A DNA stretch of 64,000 bases, from positions 4,232-68,231 of the forward strand of contig JAYFRC010000034.1 in the NCBI GenBank assembly GCA_034926415.1, written 5' to 3'. Under the pieces are notes generated by a model, which had not been told where the DNA came from, searched no databases, and saw only the letters and a program-made list of their open reading frames with translations. Below are positions 63,522 to 64,000 of this stretch, piece by piece. The translations under genes and the position numbers were made by a program. This DNA comes from Oscillospiraceae bacterium (GTDB lineage: Bacteria > Bacillota > Clostridia > Oscillospirales > Oscillospiraceae). Numbering within the stretch: the first letter of the stretch is position 1; every line of letters starts with the position of its first letter.

Positions 63522-64000
63522 CTAAATATTTGTTCCCCAGCCTTGGAGCGGATACCGCTGCATCGCGCCGAATATCTTCTGTTTCAAATCCGGATATTTC
63601 TTCTCGAGTTCGGCCACGAGCTCCTTTATCTCCTGCCTGCGCGTATAACCGTCCGCCGGGCAGGTGTTTTTTACGACCGGCAGCCCAAGCTCCGCCGCCT
63701 GCGCGATTATCTCGCTTTCGCGGATATACAGCATCGGCCGTATCTGCGTTACCTCCATGCGGCTGAGATAAGTCACTGGCGTGAAGCCGCCGAGCCTGCC
63801 CTCGAACACGAGACTCATCAGCATCGTTTCCACAGCGTCGTCGAAATGATGACCGAGCGCCATTTTGTTGTAGCCCCGCTCCTTCATCGCGCCGTTCAGC
63901 GCGCCCTTGCGCATCTTGGCGCACAGAGAGCAGGGGTTTTGTTCCTTTCTGACATTGAAAACGATATCATATATATCCGTGCGGATAATCTCATATGGCA
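63522..64000 (-). CDS. PP-loop ATPase, TtcA-like tRNA thiolation enzyme (N-terminus outside the window)
   Basis: The reading frame stays open to position 64000 (..NPCSLCAKMRKGAL..ALGHHFDD..). The ORF track shows only the part from the internal Met. Confidence 0.7.
   Translation of the reverse strand, partial: PYEIIRTDIYDIVFNVRKEQNPCSLCAKMRKGALNGAMKERGYNKMALGHHFDDAVETMLMSLVFEGRLGGFTPVTYLSRMEVTQIRPMLYIRESEIIAQAAELGLPVVKNTCPADGYTRRQEIKELVAELEKKYPDLKQKIFGAMQRYPLQGWGTNI

Noticed and set aside
1-64000. CRISPR arrays, tRNA/rRNA genes, IS elements, integrases, prophage or defence-system genes
   Set aside because: I scanned all spacers longer than 60 bp and all ORFs. The only repeated family is the three-hairpin element, and I saw no cloverleaf-compatible or direct-repeat/spacer structure. 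A tRNAscan/Infernal run would be needed for certainty.

Overview
This is a 64-kb chromosomal segment with GC-rich coding sequence and short AT-rich spacers. It looks like an anaerobic, spore-forming Firmicute of Clostridia type (spoIID, bofA/yaaL, degV, split cobalamin methionine synthase, many ATGA-coupled cistrons). I count 64 credible protein genes, one truncated at the right edge. I saw no rRNA, tRNA, CRISPR, transposase, integrase or phage genes. Left to right: (1) zur-znuABC-type metal uptake operon (-). (2) A seven-gene Fe-S/metallocluster-type cluster of unknown function (+): ferredoxin, DUF134 regulator, two NifX-like proteins, two MinD-ferredoxin ATPases, Mrp/NBP35. (3) Two divergent operons for an unassigned rare-sugar/ketose pathway: FucI-like, RpiB, D-lyxose-isomerase-like and TIM-like isomerases, two DhaK/DhaL kinases, and a ribose-type ABC importer. 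(4) An orphan REC-(degenerate GGDEF)-EAL protein and a membrane GT2 synthase. (5) Fe-ADH and DUF368. (6) pstSCAB-phoU-phoPR (-). (7) metF-metH (+). (8) uvrB (-). (9) A BKACE/3-hydroxyacyl-CoA-dehydrogenase/thiolase/CoA-transferase operon with TTT and SSS transporters (-) and a divergent LysR. (10) An NTP-transferase plus a type II PanK-like kinase. (11) A CssRS-like two-component system with two HtrA proteases (-). (12) degV, spoIID, tadA, yaaL, bofA and a ttcA-like gene. The most unusual signal I can see directly is a ~140-nt three-hairpin element present three times. Each copy lies between two cistrons of a minus-strand operon, and one hairpin arm is complementary to the Shine-Dalgarno region of the downstream gene. 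All calls come from reading the translated ORFs and the DNA by eye; no database search was possible. Start codons were adjusted by RBS inspection and are approximate.
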